From positions 210,000 through 273,999 of the forward strand of contig JAZLLY010000016.1 of NCBI GenBank assembly GCA_045598385.1: 64,000 bases of DNA, given 5' to 3'. Of this stretch, positions 46,002 through 56,445 are shown in pieces. The notes under the pieces were generated by a model that saw only the letters and a list, made by a program, of their open reading frames with translations, had not been told where the DNA came from and did no database searches. A program made the position numbers and the translations under genes. Each line of letters begins with the position of its first letter. Positions within the stretch are counted from its first letter, which is position 1. This DNA comes from Eubacteriales bacterium. GTDB lineage: Bacteria > Bacillota > Clostridia > Oscillospirales > CAG-272.

Positions 46002-46859
46002 TTATTCCGTTGTCAGCGCGAGTATCTCTTTCGCGATCGCCGCGGGGAGATCCGAGGCGGTCACACCGTACGGAGAAAAGACTTTTCCGAGCGTTTCCCC
46101 GGCTTTTCCGTGAAGATAAGCCCCGAGGGCGGCGGCGATCTGCGGTTCTACCCCGGAGGCGCAAAGCCCGGCGATCAGCCCGGCGAGAACGTCGCCGCTC
46201 CCCGCTTTGGCAAGTGAGGTATCGCCCGTCGTATTCAGAAAAGTCCGGTCGCCGTCGGTGACGACGGTCCCGTTTCCTTTGAGAAGAACGACGCACCGCG
46301 CGCTTTTCGCAAACGAAACGGCGGCACCGACTCTGTCGGCTTCGATTGTTTTGACCGGAAGTCCCGACAACCGCGAAAATTCCCCGGGATGCGGGGTGAT
46401 CACGACGGGGCGGGACGCGCCCGAAAGGAGCGGGACGGCTTCGCCTGTGATCGCGCTCAACGCGTCGGCGTCAAGAATGAGCGGTGAGCCGGTGGTTTTC
46501 AACAATTCTATGACCGCGCTTTTCGTCTTCTCGTCGTTTCCGCATCCGGGGCCGAAAAGCGTGGCGTCGGTCTGCGAGGAAAGTGCCGCAAGTTCCTTTT
46601 CGTCCTCTTTGCCCGCGCCTCTGTAAACGATCTCGGGAAAACGGGAAAGGACGGCGGCTTTTACTTCCGGGGCCGCGGAAAAAATCACGTATCCGACGCC
46701 GCTGCGAAGTGCCGCTTCGGCAGAAAGACAGGCGGCACCCGGATAGGCGGGACTCCCCGCCGCGATCAGCACTTTTCCGAACGTGCCTTTGTTCGCGTTT
46801 TTCGGGCGCGGCGGCAGGGATTCTTTGGCTTTTCTTTCGTCAAAATACTCGGTTTTCAA
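46002..46859 (-). CDS. nnrD: ADP-dependent NAD(P)H-hydrate dehydratase
   Basis: 285 aa carbohydrate-kinase fold with the C-terminal GSGDVLAG motif. Confidence 0.85.
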   Translation of the reverse strand: MKTEYFDERKAKESLPPRPKNANKGTFGKVLIAAGSPAYPGAACLSAEAALRSGVGYVIFSAAPEVKAAVLSRFPEIVYRGAGKEDEKELAALSSQTDATLFGPGCGNDEKTKSAVIELLKTTGSPLILDADALSAITGEAVPLLSGASRPVVITPHPGEFSRLSGLPVKTIEADRVGAAVSFAKSARCVVLLKGNGTVVTDGDRTFLNTTGDTSLAKAGSGDVLAGLIAGLCASGVEPQIAAALGAYLHGKAGETLGKVFSPYGVTASDLPAAIAKEILALTTE

Positions 46860-46873
46860 AGGATGCCTCCATA

Positions 46874-47431
46874 TCAGGGATGCTTTTCGACAAGATAAAA
46901 ATACGGCGAGGTCGGTGAGTTGAGAATATGAAACTCCGACGCGCAGATCTGAAAACGGCTGAGCGTCCTGAAATACTCACGGAGCATATCGCCCTCGAGC
47001 GCGCCCTCTTCGTGCCCGGGATAAACGGCGATAATGAGCACGCCGTCGGGCGCGAGAAGACCGATCGCCGCTTCCACCGCCGGCATCGTCGTTTTCCGCA
47101 TCGTGGTGAGTTGTTTTTTTCCGCTCCCCGGCAGATAACCGAGATTGAAGATCCCGGCTTTTATCGGTCCGTCAACGAATTCACCGACGCGGTGATGGGA
47201 GGCACAGATCAAAGTATAATTGCGCGGGGCACCTTCTGCTTCCAGGTGTTTTCTCGTCGAATCGAGAGCGGCGCCCTGAATGTCAAACGCGAAGACTCTG
47301 CCGTTTTCCCCGACGGTCTTCGACAGAAAACAGGTATCGTTTCCGTTTCCCATCGTGAAATCCACGGCGGTATCGCCGGGGGCGAGATGTTCGAGAATAA
47401 AATATTTGTGCAATCCGCAAAGATCGACCAT
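46874..47431 (-). CDS. Class I SAM-dependent methyltransferase, YtqB/MnmM-like
   Basis: 185 aa. Contains VDFTMGNGNDT and GYLPGSGKK, as in YtqB-type tRNA methyltransferases. Confidence 0.7.
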   Translation of the reverse strand: MVDLCGLHKYFILEHLAPGDTAVDFTMGNGNDTCFLSKTVGENGRVFAFDIQGAALDSTRKHLEAEGAPRNYTLICASHHRVGEFVDGPIKAGIFNLGYLPGSGKKQLTTMRKTTMPAVEAAIGLLAPDGVLIIAVYPGHEEGALEGDMLREYFRTLSRFQICASEFHILNSPTSPYFYLVEKHP

Positions 47432-47440
47432 AGACGCTCC

Positions 47441-49159
47441 TTATTTTGCCGGTGTGACGAGGCAGGAATAGTTGGTATGATAAATGACGAAGCCGGGCTT
47501 TGCACCGGCGGGCTTTTTGATATTTTTCACGCGGGTGTAATCGACCGTCACCGACGCGCCGTTCGCCTGCGAATGTTTGGCGGCGAGTGCCGCCGCCTCG
47601 GTATAATCGGCGTCGGACGGCTCTTCTCCGTGTGTGCGGAGGATCACGTGAGAGCCCGGCATATCCTTGACGTGAAACCAGATATCGCCCTTTTCGGCGA
47701 TCTTGAACGTCAACTGATCGTTCTGCGTGTTGTTGCGTCCGATCAGAACCTCGAAGCCACCGCTCGTTTTTGTAACGATTGGTTTGCATTTTACCGCTTT
47801 TTGCGGTTGATAGCCCCGCATACGGGAGGCATAACCGCTCCGATAAAGTTCGTCGCGGATGTCAAAAAGGTCCTGCTCCGTTTCCGCACGGGACAGAAAA
47901 TCACGCACCGAGGCAAGATAAGCAAGTTCCTTTTCCCATTCGGCGATCCGCTCGGTCAGTACCGCTCTCGCGGTTTTGCACTTGTTGTACTGCTTATACA
48001 TTTTCTGGGCGTTGGCGGACGGGGAAAGACGCGCGTCGAGCGGGACTTCGACCTCTTTTGCGTTCTCGCTGTAATAATCGGCGGTCACAAAGGACGTCAT
48101 GCCGCGGGAAAGCCGGTACAGGTTCGCCGTGATGAGATCCCCGCGCTTTTTGTACTCTTCGCCCATTTCGCTGTCGAGGAGCGCCTGCTTCTGGATCGCG
48201 AGTTTCTTCTCGGTGCGCGCCTCGGCGTTTCCGAGCAGTTGCAAAAGGTCGTGGCCGCGCTGACGGATGCGCTCGACGCGGTCTTTTTCCTCAAAATAAG
48301 CGTCGAAAAGCGCGGCGAAATCGGGGTAGGAAACGGCGGTATAACCGAAGCACGAAAGCGGCATATAACAATAATCTTTCGGGTGGGAATCCGCGTCGAG
48401 AAACGCGGTCGGCTCATACTCTTCTTTGATCAGTTTTTCCTGCCACGCGGAAAAAACGTCGTACAAACGTTCGGGCCGGATATCGCAAAGCGGCACGTCG
48501 CATTTCCCTGCGGTGCGGTGACAGATCTCGTGCGCGACCTGCGTCGCGATACCGCCGTAAACCGCCGTGATGAACTTCTCGACGGTGCGCCCCTCGCCAA
48601 ACGACGAAAGCGCGTCAAAGAAAAACCCGCGGTCGATCACGAGCGGCGACGCTTTTCCCTGCTCTGCCGGCGGGGTATAGCGAAGCCCCGGGAGAACCTG
48701 TCTGACGGTACTGTCGGAAAAGTCGATCAGTTTCAGAGCGGAGATGATCTTTTCTTCCCCGTCGGTCAGAATGAGATTGGCGTATTTACCCATAATTTCG
48801 CAGTAAAGGATCTTCGTCCCGACGTAGCCGAGTTCGTCGGTCGCCGAAAAAACGAAACGGGCGATGCGGTCAAAGCCGACCTGTGATACTTCCGTGATCC
48901 TTGCTCCCGAAAGATGCTTCCGCAAAAGCATACAGAACATCGGCGGGACCTTCGGATTGTCCTTTTGCAGTCTTGATAGCTGAAGGCGCGGCGCGTTCGG
49001 ACCTACGTTGAAAAGGAGACGCGCGGAGGACCTGCCGGAATGGATGCAAAGATCCACTTCGTCTTTTGCGGGCATCAAAACTTTTTCGACGCGTGCGTCG
49101 GAAAAATCGCGTTTGATCTCCGTCAGCACGGCGCGCATCATACAAGCGTCAAATGCCAT
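47441..49159 (-). CDS. rqcH: Ribosome quality control protein RqcH (NFACT / fibronectin-binding protein A family)
   Basis: 572 aa. N-terminal NFACT-N (MAFDACMMRAVLTEI...), a coiled-coil middle, and C-terminal NFACT-R (WFHVKDMPGSHVIL). Confidence 0.85.
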   Translation of the reverse strand: MAFDACMMRAVLTEIKRDFSDARVEKVLMPAKDEVDLCIHSGRSSARLLFNVGPNAPRLQLSRLQKDNPKVPPMFCMLLRKHLSGARITEVSQVGFDRIARFVFSATDELGYVGTKILYCEIMGKYANLILTDGEEKIISALKLIDFSDSTVRQVLPGLRYTPPAEQGKASPLVIDRGFFFDALSSFGEGRTVEKFITAVYGGIATQVAHEICHRTAGKCDVPLCDIRPERLYDVFSAWQEKLIKEEYEPTAFLDADSHPKDYCYMPLSCFGYTAVSYPDFAALFDAYFEEKDRVERIRQRGHDLLQLLGNAEARTEKKLAIQKQALLDSEMGEEYKKRGDLITANLYRLSRGMTSFVTADYYSENAKEVEVPLDARLSPSANAQKMYKQYNKCKTARAVLTERIAEWEKELAYLASVRDFLSRAETEQDLFDIRDELYRSGYASRMRGYQPQKAVKCKPIVTKTSGGFEVLIGRNNTQNDQLTFKIAEKGDIWFHVKDMPGSHVILRTHGEEPSDADYTEAAALAAKHSQANGASVTVDYTRVKNIKKPAGAKPGFVIYHTNYSCLVTPAK

Positions 49160-49177
49160 ATAATACCTACTGTTTTG

Positions 49178-50353
49178 TCATGTTTTGTTGTCATTTTCTC
49201 TTAAAAACGACAGAAGAGACGACTTTTCGTTCTTCACTTTCCCATCCATGACGGCAAAGAGAAGTTTTTCGAGCGCATCGCCGAGCGCGGTGCCGTCAAA
49301 GCCGGCGGACAAAAGATCCCCGCCCCGCAGGGCAAGATCGGAAAGTTTCGTCGGGGGATTCTCTGCCATGAGAGCGTCGAAAGCCGAAAGGCGGGATCCG
49401 CCGTCCGAAAGATCCGACAGAAGAAGAAAATCGCGGGCTCTTTCTTTTCCGAGGGAAAAGCAAAGGCGCAGATACCCGCCGCGCGAAAGTTCGCCTACGT
49501 CCTCCGTTCCGAGGATCGCAACGCCGTCGTCGAGAAACTTTTTCTCGGTTTTTAGGCGTCGGCACATCGCGGCAAAATGCGCCGCGCGGTCTTTGTCGTT
49601 CCAGAGGAGTTCGAGTGTACGGTGTTTATCGTCCTCCGTGCCGAACGCTTCGGGCACGGTAAGGGGGACACCCGGGAAAAGAAACGCGAATACTTGAGAG
49701 TATTCCCGCAGAACGGCGGCGGGGTTCTTCCCCGCCCGCGCTTTTCGCCACTCTGCATAGATCCGCTCCGCCGATACGTCGGCGAGAAGTTCGTAACACG
49801 AAAGCACGGCGGCTTTCGTCTTTTCTTCGACCGAAAAGCCGAGCACCGAAGCAAAACGCAGGGCGCGGAGGATACGCAGGGCGTCCTCGCGGAAGCGGAC
49901 GGACGGCTCGCCGACACAGCGGATCCGCCGTTTTTCGATATCTTCCCTGCCTCCGAAAAGGTCGGTGATCCCAAAAGTCGGATGATAGCACATCGCGTTT
50001 ACGGTAAAATCGCGGCGGGAGAGGTCGGACGAAAGATCACGGGTAAACGTCACGTTTTCGGGATGACGGTGATCGGCATAATCCCCGTCCGTCCGATAGG
50101 TCGTGACCTCGACGGGTTCGCCTTCAACGATGACAGTCAGAGTACCGTGCTTCCGTCCCGTTTCGATCACCTTGAAATCCCCGAAAACGCGGAGCATTTC
50201 CTCCGGCGTCGCCGAGGTGGTCATGTCAAAATCGTGAGGAGAAAGGCCGAGCAGAAAATCGCGGACGGAACCGCCGACGACGTCGGCACGGAATCCGGCA
50301 TTTTTCAGGGCTTCAAAAACGGCGCGGGCGCCGTTTGAAAGACGCATATCCAT
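49178..50353 (-). CDS. cca: CCA tRNA nucleotidyltransferase
   Basis: The nucleotidyltransferase motif GGSVRDFLLG...DFDMTT is present. The ATG at 50353 follows AAAGGAGAGAGG. The track start at 50374 is a TTG. Confidence 0.8.
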   Translation of the reverse strand: MDMRLSNGARAVFEALKNAGFRADVVGGSVRDFLLGLSPHDFDMTTSATPEEMLRVFGDFKVIETGRKHGTLTVIVEGEPVEVTTYRTDGDYADHRHPENVTFTRDLSSDLSRRDFTVNAMCYHPTFGITDLFGGREDIEKRRIRCVGEPSVRFREDALRILRALRFASVLGFSVEEKTKAAVLSCYELLADVSAERIYAEWRKARAGKNPAAVLREYSQVFAFLFPGVPLTVPEAFGTEDDKHRTLELLWNDKDRAAHFAAMCRRLKTEKKFLDDGVAILGTEDVGELSRGGYLRLCFSLGKERARDFLLLSDLSDGGSRLSAFDALMAENPPTKLSDLALRGGDLLSAGFDGTALGDALEKLLFAVMDGKVKNEKSSLLSFLRENDNKT

Positions 50354-50481
50354 ATCCTCTCTCCTTTCTGTCAAAATATTTTATCATATATCCTCTCTCT
50401 TGTCAACGAAACGCCGTGATTTTCATTGACACGGAAGACCTTTTCTGCTATACTGGGAACGATGTTATTATGAGGTGCTAT

Positions 50482-51384
50482 ATGAAACTTTCATCGACAA
50501 CGTCTTCGCTTTTCGCCACGTTCGGCGAAGAAGACGGCATCAAGGTCGCAAAGGAGGTCGGTTTCGACGCTCTCGACCTCAATCTCATCCTGCCGACGCC
50601 GCCGCTCTACGAGAAAGACGGCTTTTTGAAATACGCCGACCGTCTCCGCAACGCCGCGGAAAAGGCGGGGATGCCGTTCAACCAGGCGCACGCACCGTTC
50701 CCGACCATGAAATTCAAAAACGGCGACACCGCAAAGCCGGACGAGGAATATAACGCGATCACGAGAAAACGCATCGAGGACGCGATCCTTTGCACCGGGC
50801 GGATCGGTGCCGAACAGATCGTCATCCATCCCGTCGATTTTCTCGGCAGAGCCGACGCCAAAGAGAGAAACATCGAGATCTACCGCTCCTTTGCCCCGAT
50901 CGCCGAGGAAGCGGGCGTGAAGATCGCTCTTGAAAATATGTGGGGCTACCGCCCCGGCACGCGGCACATCGTCCCGAACGTTTGCAGCACCGGCGAAGAA
51001 CTCGGTGCCTATTACGACGCGCTCCCGTCCTCGCGCTTTTCGGTCTGTCTTGATCTCGGGCACTCGGAACTGGTGAACGAAACGGCGGAAGCCGCGATCC
51101 TCGCGCTCGGTCACGACCGTCTGCACGCGCTCCACGTCCACGACAACGACAGTATGACCGACGGGCACACGATCCCCTATTTCGGCGTCATGAACTGGGA
51201 GAGGATCACGAAAGCCCTCGCCGATATCGACTACGGCGGCGACTTCACCTTTGAGGTCAACGGCGCCGCGTTTCAGCGGCTCGAAAAAGAGCCGAAAACG
51301 GCGTATTTCGCCTACGCCCTCCTGGCGCAAACAGGAAAGACGCTCATTGAAAAAATAGAAAAATACAAAGAAAAAAGACAATAA
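50482..51384 (+). CDS. Sugar phosphate isomerase/epimerase (xylose isomerase-like TIM barrel)
   Basis: 300 aa. The motifs IVIHP, IALENM and HVHDN are typical of the AP endonuclease 2/xylose isomerase-like fold. The ATG at 50482 follows GAGGTG. Confidence 0.8.
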   Translation: MKLSSTTSSLFATFGEEDGIKVAKEVGFDALDLNLILPTPPLYEKDGFLKYADRLRNAAEKAGMPFNQAHAPFPTMKFKNGDTAKPDEEYNAITRKRIEDAILCTGRIGAEQIVIHPVDFLGRADAKERNIEIYRSFAPIAEEAGVKIALENMWGYRPGTRHIVPNVCSTGEELGAYYDALPSSRFSVCLDLGHSELVNETAEAAILALGHDRLHALHVHDNDSMTDGHTIPYFGVMNWERITKALADIDYGGDFTFEVNGAAFQRLEKEPKTAYFAYALLAQTGKTLIEKIEKYKEKRQ

Positions 51385-51402
51385 TCGACAGAAAAAATAT
51401 AA
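51236..51402. repeat. Direct repeat copy A (3' end of the isomerase gene plus 18 nt downstream)
   Basis: The 167 bp match 56680-56846 with 4 mismatches by manual alignment. Confidence 0.9.
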
Positions 51403-51438
51403 CGATCCTCCCGCAGAACGGGGGGATCGTTATTTTTT
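51392..51438. terminator. Bidirectional terminator
   Basis: ACGATCCTCC-cgcagaacg-GGGGGATCGT, flanked by an A-run upstream and a T-run downstream. Confidence 0.7.
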
Positions 51439-51514
51439 GTTTCCGTTCTTCCCTGATCGGAAAGAACGGAAACCAAAAGAGTTAAGGTTTTGTGATTATC
51501 GAGAGGAAAACTGA

Positions 51515-54500
51515 TTATCCGATCTCGGAAACGGTCCATACGCCGTTATCCGTATCTTCAACGGACTGATAATTTTCATCGAAAAGGTAAGAAGTCAGGT
51601 CGTCGGTATTCGGGCCTGCCGGGTTGAAGCCGTGGAAGGTACCGCCTTTGACTTTGATGCTTGCGTTTGCTTCATCGCCATTCTTGATATTCAGTACCCA
51701 ATACCGACCGTTGTATTTCGCATCACTGCTGAACTCACCGCCTTCGATCACGATCTGTCCGACTTTTAGCGCGTAGATCGTCGAATTTCCTTTTCCTCCG
51801 TTATCAGCGCCGACGGTGAAGGTTCCACCTTTAATCGTAACGGTACCGTTCTCTACGCTAACTGCTTTGCTGTCATATCCGTTCTTTCCTGTAAACGTTC
51901 CGCCGGAGATCGTAATCTTCATCTTCTCATTGAACGTCGTGGGATTCACCGTGTCGATGACCGTCAAGGCATAAATGCCGGTGAACGAGCCACCGCTGAT
52001 CGTTACATTGATCTCACAAGCGGTTGTATGCTGTGAAATAGCAAGGGCGGCGCCTTTAACGGTCGTTCCGTTTCCGTTTGCAGTTGCGCTGTATTCCGTA
52101 GCATTGGAAACAAGGGATCCGCCGGTGATATTCACCGTTCCCGCTCTGACTTCCACGGGAGTGGGCGCCGTGATGGTTCCACCGGAAATATTCAGCGTTC
52201 CGTCCTGCGGATGATAAATACCAGTTCCCGCAGAAGTGATGGAACCGCCGGTCACGTTGATCATCGTTCCCCAATACGCTTCCGAACCGTTACCGACGAT
52301 ACCGTAAGCCGCCGTCGTCGTAATGGTGGCTGCCGTCGTCAGAGTCGGTTTTGTATCCGTAACGATGGAAATGGCATCGACGACGGAATCAATTATGAAC
52401 GTATCTTCCAACGTCACGTTACCCTGCTTCACATAAATCGCCGCATAAGCGTCAGAATTCGTGACTTTCAGCGTGCCGTTTCTTATGGTTAACGTCATAT
52501 TTCTTCCAACGCAAATGGCGCCAACGTCACCGGATTTTGTCGAAGTGATCGTATGACCGTTCAAATCCAAAATAACATTCTTTACCAATACAGTGAATGT
52601 AATTTGAGAATTGACGGTAACGTCATCTAACAGTTTCCAAGTACCGTCTGAAGCCATAGAAGTGATGGAATCTTTATAAGTTGTCGTTTCGCCATTGGTA
52701 ACCGAAGCAATCGCTTTTTTGACCGTAAGCGTTCCATTGGCAAAAGTAATGTCATAGTTTGCCGCTTCCAGTCCGGAGACCGTAATGACGTAAGTTCCGG
52801 CAACATTCTGTGTTTTGTCATAATCGCCAAAACCATAAACGGCATCTCCGGTCAGAACGGTTTTGGTTTCACCGTTGACAAATCCCGTTGCGGTATAGGC
52901 GCCGCTCGGGGTGTTTCCGGCAACAATGGTTTTTTTGGATGCCGCTACGGTGAGAGGTGCTTTTGCTATGACAAAATCAAAGGTCAAGTCGTCGGAAGAT
53001 CCGTCGTCCCATGCATAATTGGTTTTGTCTTTGAGGGCAACGGTAATGACACTCGTGCCCGCACCGGTCTTCGTTAAATCACCGGTAATGGTATAAAGGA
53101 GGTCATTTGCCGCAAGCGTATAGGTCTGTTCCAGACCGGTGTACGTAAACTCCGTTGTGTCTGCGTTCGGTTTAGCGACTTTGATCGGGGTTTCAGCTTC
53201 TTCCTTCACGCCACAACCTTCGCGCTGACAAACGCGAGACTTTTTACCATGTGCCTCGTAGGTTGCATCAACGTCGATCGTCCAGTCACCAAAATCATGA
53301 CCGAGTTTCGATCCGGTATCGACTACGGTGTCGGGTTCGGTACAATTGTCGTTGTCGCACTTTGCAGTCTTGGTACCGTCATTCAAACAGGTCGCGTCAT
53401 TGTTAGATTCGTAATTTGTGAAAGAGTGTCCGAGTTTCGAGCCGGTATTGACTACGGTGTCGGTTGCGGTACAATTGTCGCACGTTGCAGTCTTGGTACC
53501 GTCAGCCGTGCAGGTCGCGTTACCGTCGGAGACATAAGTCGTGAACGAGTGATCAAGCGCGGGGATTTCTTCCGTTTCTTCATATCCGCAGGCACAAACG
53601 TGTTTTTTAAGTCCTTTGGTCGTGCAGGTCGCGGGAGTCACGGGTTCCCATGCGCTAAAGGTATGCTCGGCTTTACCGGCGAGCACGCCATGTCCGCAGG
53701 TATCGGCGTGCCAGTGGTAGGTCTCGTTACACGTCCAATCTTCCGAATAGGTGTGGTCGGTCTTTTCGGTTTCGCGCGTCTCTTCATATCCGCAGACGAT
53801 GCAAGAACGTTCTTGCAGTCCTTTAGTCGAGCAGGTCGCTTCTTTTCCTTCCACGTCAGTCCACTTGCCGAACATGTGATTGCCAACATCGGCAAACACG
53901 TAATCACCGCAGGTCGCGGCACGCCAGTGCTGCTCTTCGTTGGACGACCATTCTTCGTCGTAGGTATGAGCACCCTCTTTTACTTCGCCGGACGCGAAGG
54001 TCTCGGTGCCTTTCGCTCCGCAGACGCAGGAGTAGTAATACTGCGCTTTCGCGGAGCAGGTCGCTTCGCTCGCCAGATAAACTTCGGTTGCTACTTCTTG
54101 ATCGTAGGTATGATCGAGCACCGGGATCACAGTCACATCGGTGACTTCGTCACAACCCTCACGCAGACAATGGTGAGATTTCGAGCCCGCGGTCTTGCAG
54201 GTTGCTTCGGTATCAATCGTCCAAATGTCAGAGTAGTTGTGATCGAGTGCGTCGATATCCTGTGTTTCTTCGTATCCGCAGACGGCGCACACATGTTTTT
54301 CGCTGCCCTTTTCGGTGCAGTTGGGTTCATTTACGGTCTCCCAATCGCCGTATTCGTGTCCGAGTTCGTCGATCACAGTCACATCGGTGACTTCATCACA
54401 ACCGTCGCGCAGACAATGGCGGGATTTCGAGCCCGCGGTCGTGCAGGTCGCGGGAAGATCAATCTTGAATTCCGACGAGAAGTTATGATCAAGCGCGTCG

Positions 54501-56404
54501 ATATCGCGCGTTTCTTGATATCCGCAGACGACACAAGCACGGACCTGCGTTCCTTTGTCCTCACAGGTTGCGGGAGTCTCGGTAGTCCAAAGCCCGAACG
54601 TATGCCCGTCTTTATCGGCGACCCCGCCATGTCCGCAGATAGCGGCGTGATAATGCTCGTTTTCGTTATAAGTCCACTCTTCCGAATAGGTGTGGTCGGT
54701 CTTTTCGGTTTTGCGCGTCTCTTCATATCCGCAGACGATGCAAGAACGTTTTTGCTCTCCCTCATTCGAGCAGGTCGCTTCTTTTCCTTCCACGTCAGTC
54801 CACTTGCTGAACGTGTGAGCGGATTCACCCGAGATCTCCGTTACATGCTCACAGGAAGCGTCGTGCCAGTGGTGGGTCTCGTTATACGTCCAATCTTCCG
54901 AATAGGTGTGGTCGGTCTTTTCGGTTTCGCGCGTTTCTTTATATCCGCAGACGCGGCAAGAACGTTCTTGCAGTCCTTTAGTCGAGCAGGTCGCTTCTTT
55001 TCCTTCCACGTCAGTCCACAAACCGAAAATATGCTCGGTTTTGCTCGTGATAAGTTCGATATGTCCGCAGGTCGCGGCGTGCCAATGCTCGGTATCGTTA
55101 CACGTCCATTCTTCTGAAAATGCATGGTCGATCATTTCGACTTCGCGCGTTTCTTCATACCCGCAGACGGTGCAAAGACGGTGTTCAACACCTTTCTTTG
55201 AGCAGGTCGGAGCCGTGACGGTCGTCCAGTCGCCGAAGGTGTGGACACCTTTATCCACGAAAAGATCGGTATGCTCGCAGGTAGCGGCGTGCCAATGCTC
55301 GGTTTTGCTGGACGACCACGTTTCGGCATACGTATGGTCGATCATATCCATATCGCGGGTTTCTTCGTATCCGCAGGCGGTGCAAAGACGGTGCTCGAGC
55401 CCTTTGCTTGCGCAAGTCGGAGCCGTCACAGTCTCCCATTCGCCGAACGTATGTTCCGCTTTATCCGCGAAAAGATCGGTATGCTCGCAGGTAGCGGCGT
55501 GCCAATGCTCGGTCTCATCATACGTCCAGGTTTCGGCGTACGTATGGTCGATCATATCCATTTCGCGGGTTTTTTCATATCCGCAAACCGTGCAAAAACT
55601 ATGCTCGACGCCTTTGCTTCCGCAAGTCGGAGCCGTCACAGTCTCCCACGTTTCGAAAATGTGTTCCGCTTTATCCGCGATGAGGTAGGAATGTTCGCAA
55701 GTGGCAAAGCGCAGATGCTCGGTTTCACTGTACATCCACGTATCGGAGTACGTATGCGGAAGCATTTCGATCTCACGCGTTCCTTCGTATCCGCAAACGG
55801 TGCAATAACTGTGTTCAAGTCCTTTGCTTCCGCAAGTCGGTTCGGTCACAGTCTCCCATTCGCCGAACGTATGTTCCTCTTTATCCGCGAAAAGATCGGT
55901 ATGCCCGCAGGTCGCAGCGTGCCAATGCTCGGTTTCGCTGGACGACCACGTTTTGGCGTAAGTGTGCGCCAATTTACTCGTCTGTCTGGTTTCTTCCAAT
56001 CCGCAGACGGTACAAACGCGGTGTTCAAGACCTTTTTCTCCGCAGGTCGCGGCCGTCACGGTTTCCCATGCACCGAAAGTGTGCACGTTATGCTCCGGGA
56101 CAAATTTCGCATATACCTTTATGCTTTTTGTGAAAGTTTCGTCGGCGAGAGAATCTGCTGAAAAGGGCGATTCCCACGTACCTTCGTCAAGGTACCAACC
56201 GTCAAAAGTATAGCCGTCTTTGACGGGATCCGCCATAATTTCGATTGTTTCATTTCCGCTTGTCCTGATGATATCGCGGACTTCTCCGTCCACGACAAAT
56301 TCGATCGCGTATTCCACTTTTCCGCACGCGGCAAAAGCAAAAATCGCAATCAGACAAGACAAAGTCAGCGCAAGGATCTTTCCAATGTTCTTTTTCATGC
56401 TCAA
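51515..56404 (-). CDS. Giant surface lipoprotein: Flg_new-type repeat, about 12-13 Cys/His-rich modules, MBG-like domain and C-terminal beta-helix-like repeats
   Basis: 1629 aa. Lipobox IFAFAAC. One YAIEFVVDG...GYTFDGWY repeat. Modules of about 57-70 aa follow the pattern H-TFG-W..V..ATC..KG.....C.VCGYEETR....DHTY...W....T.HWH..TC.H. It also contains an APLTV...NYDITF..GTLTV segment. GGAGG lies 8 nt before the ATG. Confidence 0.85.
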   Translation of the reverse strand: MSMKKNIGKILALTLSCLIAIFAFAACGKVEYAIEFVVDGEVRDIIRTSGNETIEIMADPVKDGYTFDGWYLDEGTWESPFSADSLADETFTKSIKVYAKFVPEHNVHTFGAWETVTAATCGEKGLEHRVCTVCGLEETRQTSKLAHTYAKTWSSSETEHWHAATCGHTDLFADKEEHTFGEWETVTEPTCGSKGLEHSYCTVCGYEGTREIEMLPHTYSDTWMYSETEHLRFATCEHSYLIADKAEHIFETWETVTAPTCGSKGVEHSFCTVCGYEKTREMDMIDHTYAETWTYDETEHWHAATCEHTDLFADKAEHTFGEWETVTAPTCASKGLEHRLCTACGYEETRDMDMIDHTYAETWSSSKTEHWHAATCEHTDLFVDKGVHTFGDWTTVTAPTCSKKGVEHRLCTVCGYEETREVEMIDHAFSEEWTCNDTEHWHAATCGHIELITSKTEHIFGLWTDVEGKEATCSTKGLQERSCRVCGYKETRETEKTDHTYSEDWTYNETHHWHDASCEHVTEISGESAHTFSKWTDVEGKEATCSNEGEQKRSCIVCGYEETRKTEKTDHTYSEEWTYNENEHYHAAICGHGGVADKDGHTFGLWTTETPATCEDKGTQVRACVVCGYQETRDIDALDHNFSSEFKIDLPATCTTAGSKSRHCLRDGCDEVTDVTVIDELGHEYGDWETVNEPNCTEKGSEKHVCAVCGYEETQDIDALDHNYSDIWTIDTEATCKTAGSKSHHCLREGCDEVTDVTVIPVLDHTYDQEVATEVYLASEATCSAKAQYYYSCVCGAKGTETFASGEVKEGAHTYDEEWSSNEEQHWRAATCGDYVFADVGNHMFGKWTDVEGKEATCSTKGLQERSCIVCGYEETRETEKTDHTYSEDWTCNETYHWHADTCGHGVLAGKAEHTFSAWEPVTPATCTTKGLKKHVCACGYEETEEIPALDHSFTTYVSDGNATCTADGTKTATCDNCTATDTVVNTGSKLGHSFTNYESNNDATCLNDGTKTAKCDNDNCTEPDTVVDTGSKLGHDFGDWTIDVDATYEAHGKKSRVCQREGCGVKEEAETPIKVAKPNADTTEFTYTGLEQTYTLAANDLLYTITGDLTKTGAGTSVITVALKDKTNYAWDDGSSDDLTFDFVIAKAPLTVAASKKTIVAGNTPSGAYTATGFVNGETKTVLTGDAVYGFGDYDKTQNVAGTYVITVSGLEAANYDITFANGTLTVKKAIASVTNGETTTYKDSITSMASDGTWKLLDDVTVNSQITFTVLVKNVILDLNGHTITSTKSGDVGAICVGRNMTLTIRNGTLKVTNSDAYAAIYVKQGNVTLEDTFIIDSVVDAISIVTDTKPTLTTAATITTTAAYGIVGNGSEAYWGTMINVTGGSITSAGTGIYHPQDGTLNISGGTITAPTPVEVRAGTVNITGGSLVSNATEYSATANGNGTTVKGAALAISQHTTACEINVTISGGSFTGIYALTVIDTVNPTTFNEKMKITISGGTFTGKNGYDSKAVSVENGTVTIKGGTFTVGADNGGKGNSTIYALKVGQIVIEGGEFSSDAKYNGRYWVLNIKNGDEANASIKVKGGTFHGFNPAGPNTDDLTSYLFDENYQSVEDTDNGVWTVSEIG

Positions 56405-56445
56405 AACCTCCGACCTTATTTTTTATCAAATTAAGTTCATATACT

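Noticed and set aside
45448-46296. 282-aa minus-strand ORF covering the 213-bp tandem repeat.
   Set aside because: Its reading frame is not preserved between repeat copies because of an indel. It overlaps the nnrD gene out of frame. The product is Arg/Lys-rich with no recognisable motifs.
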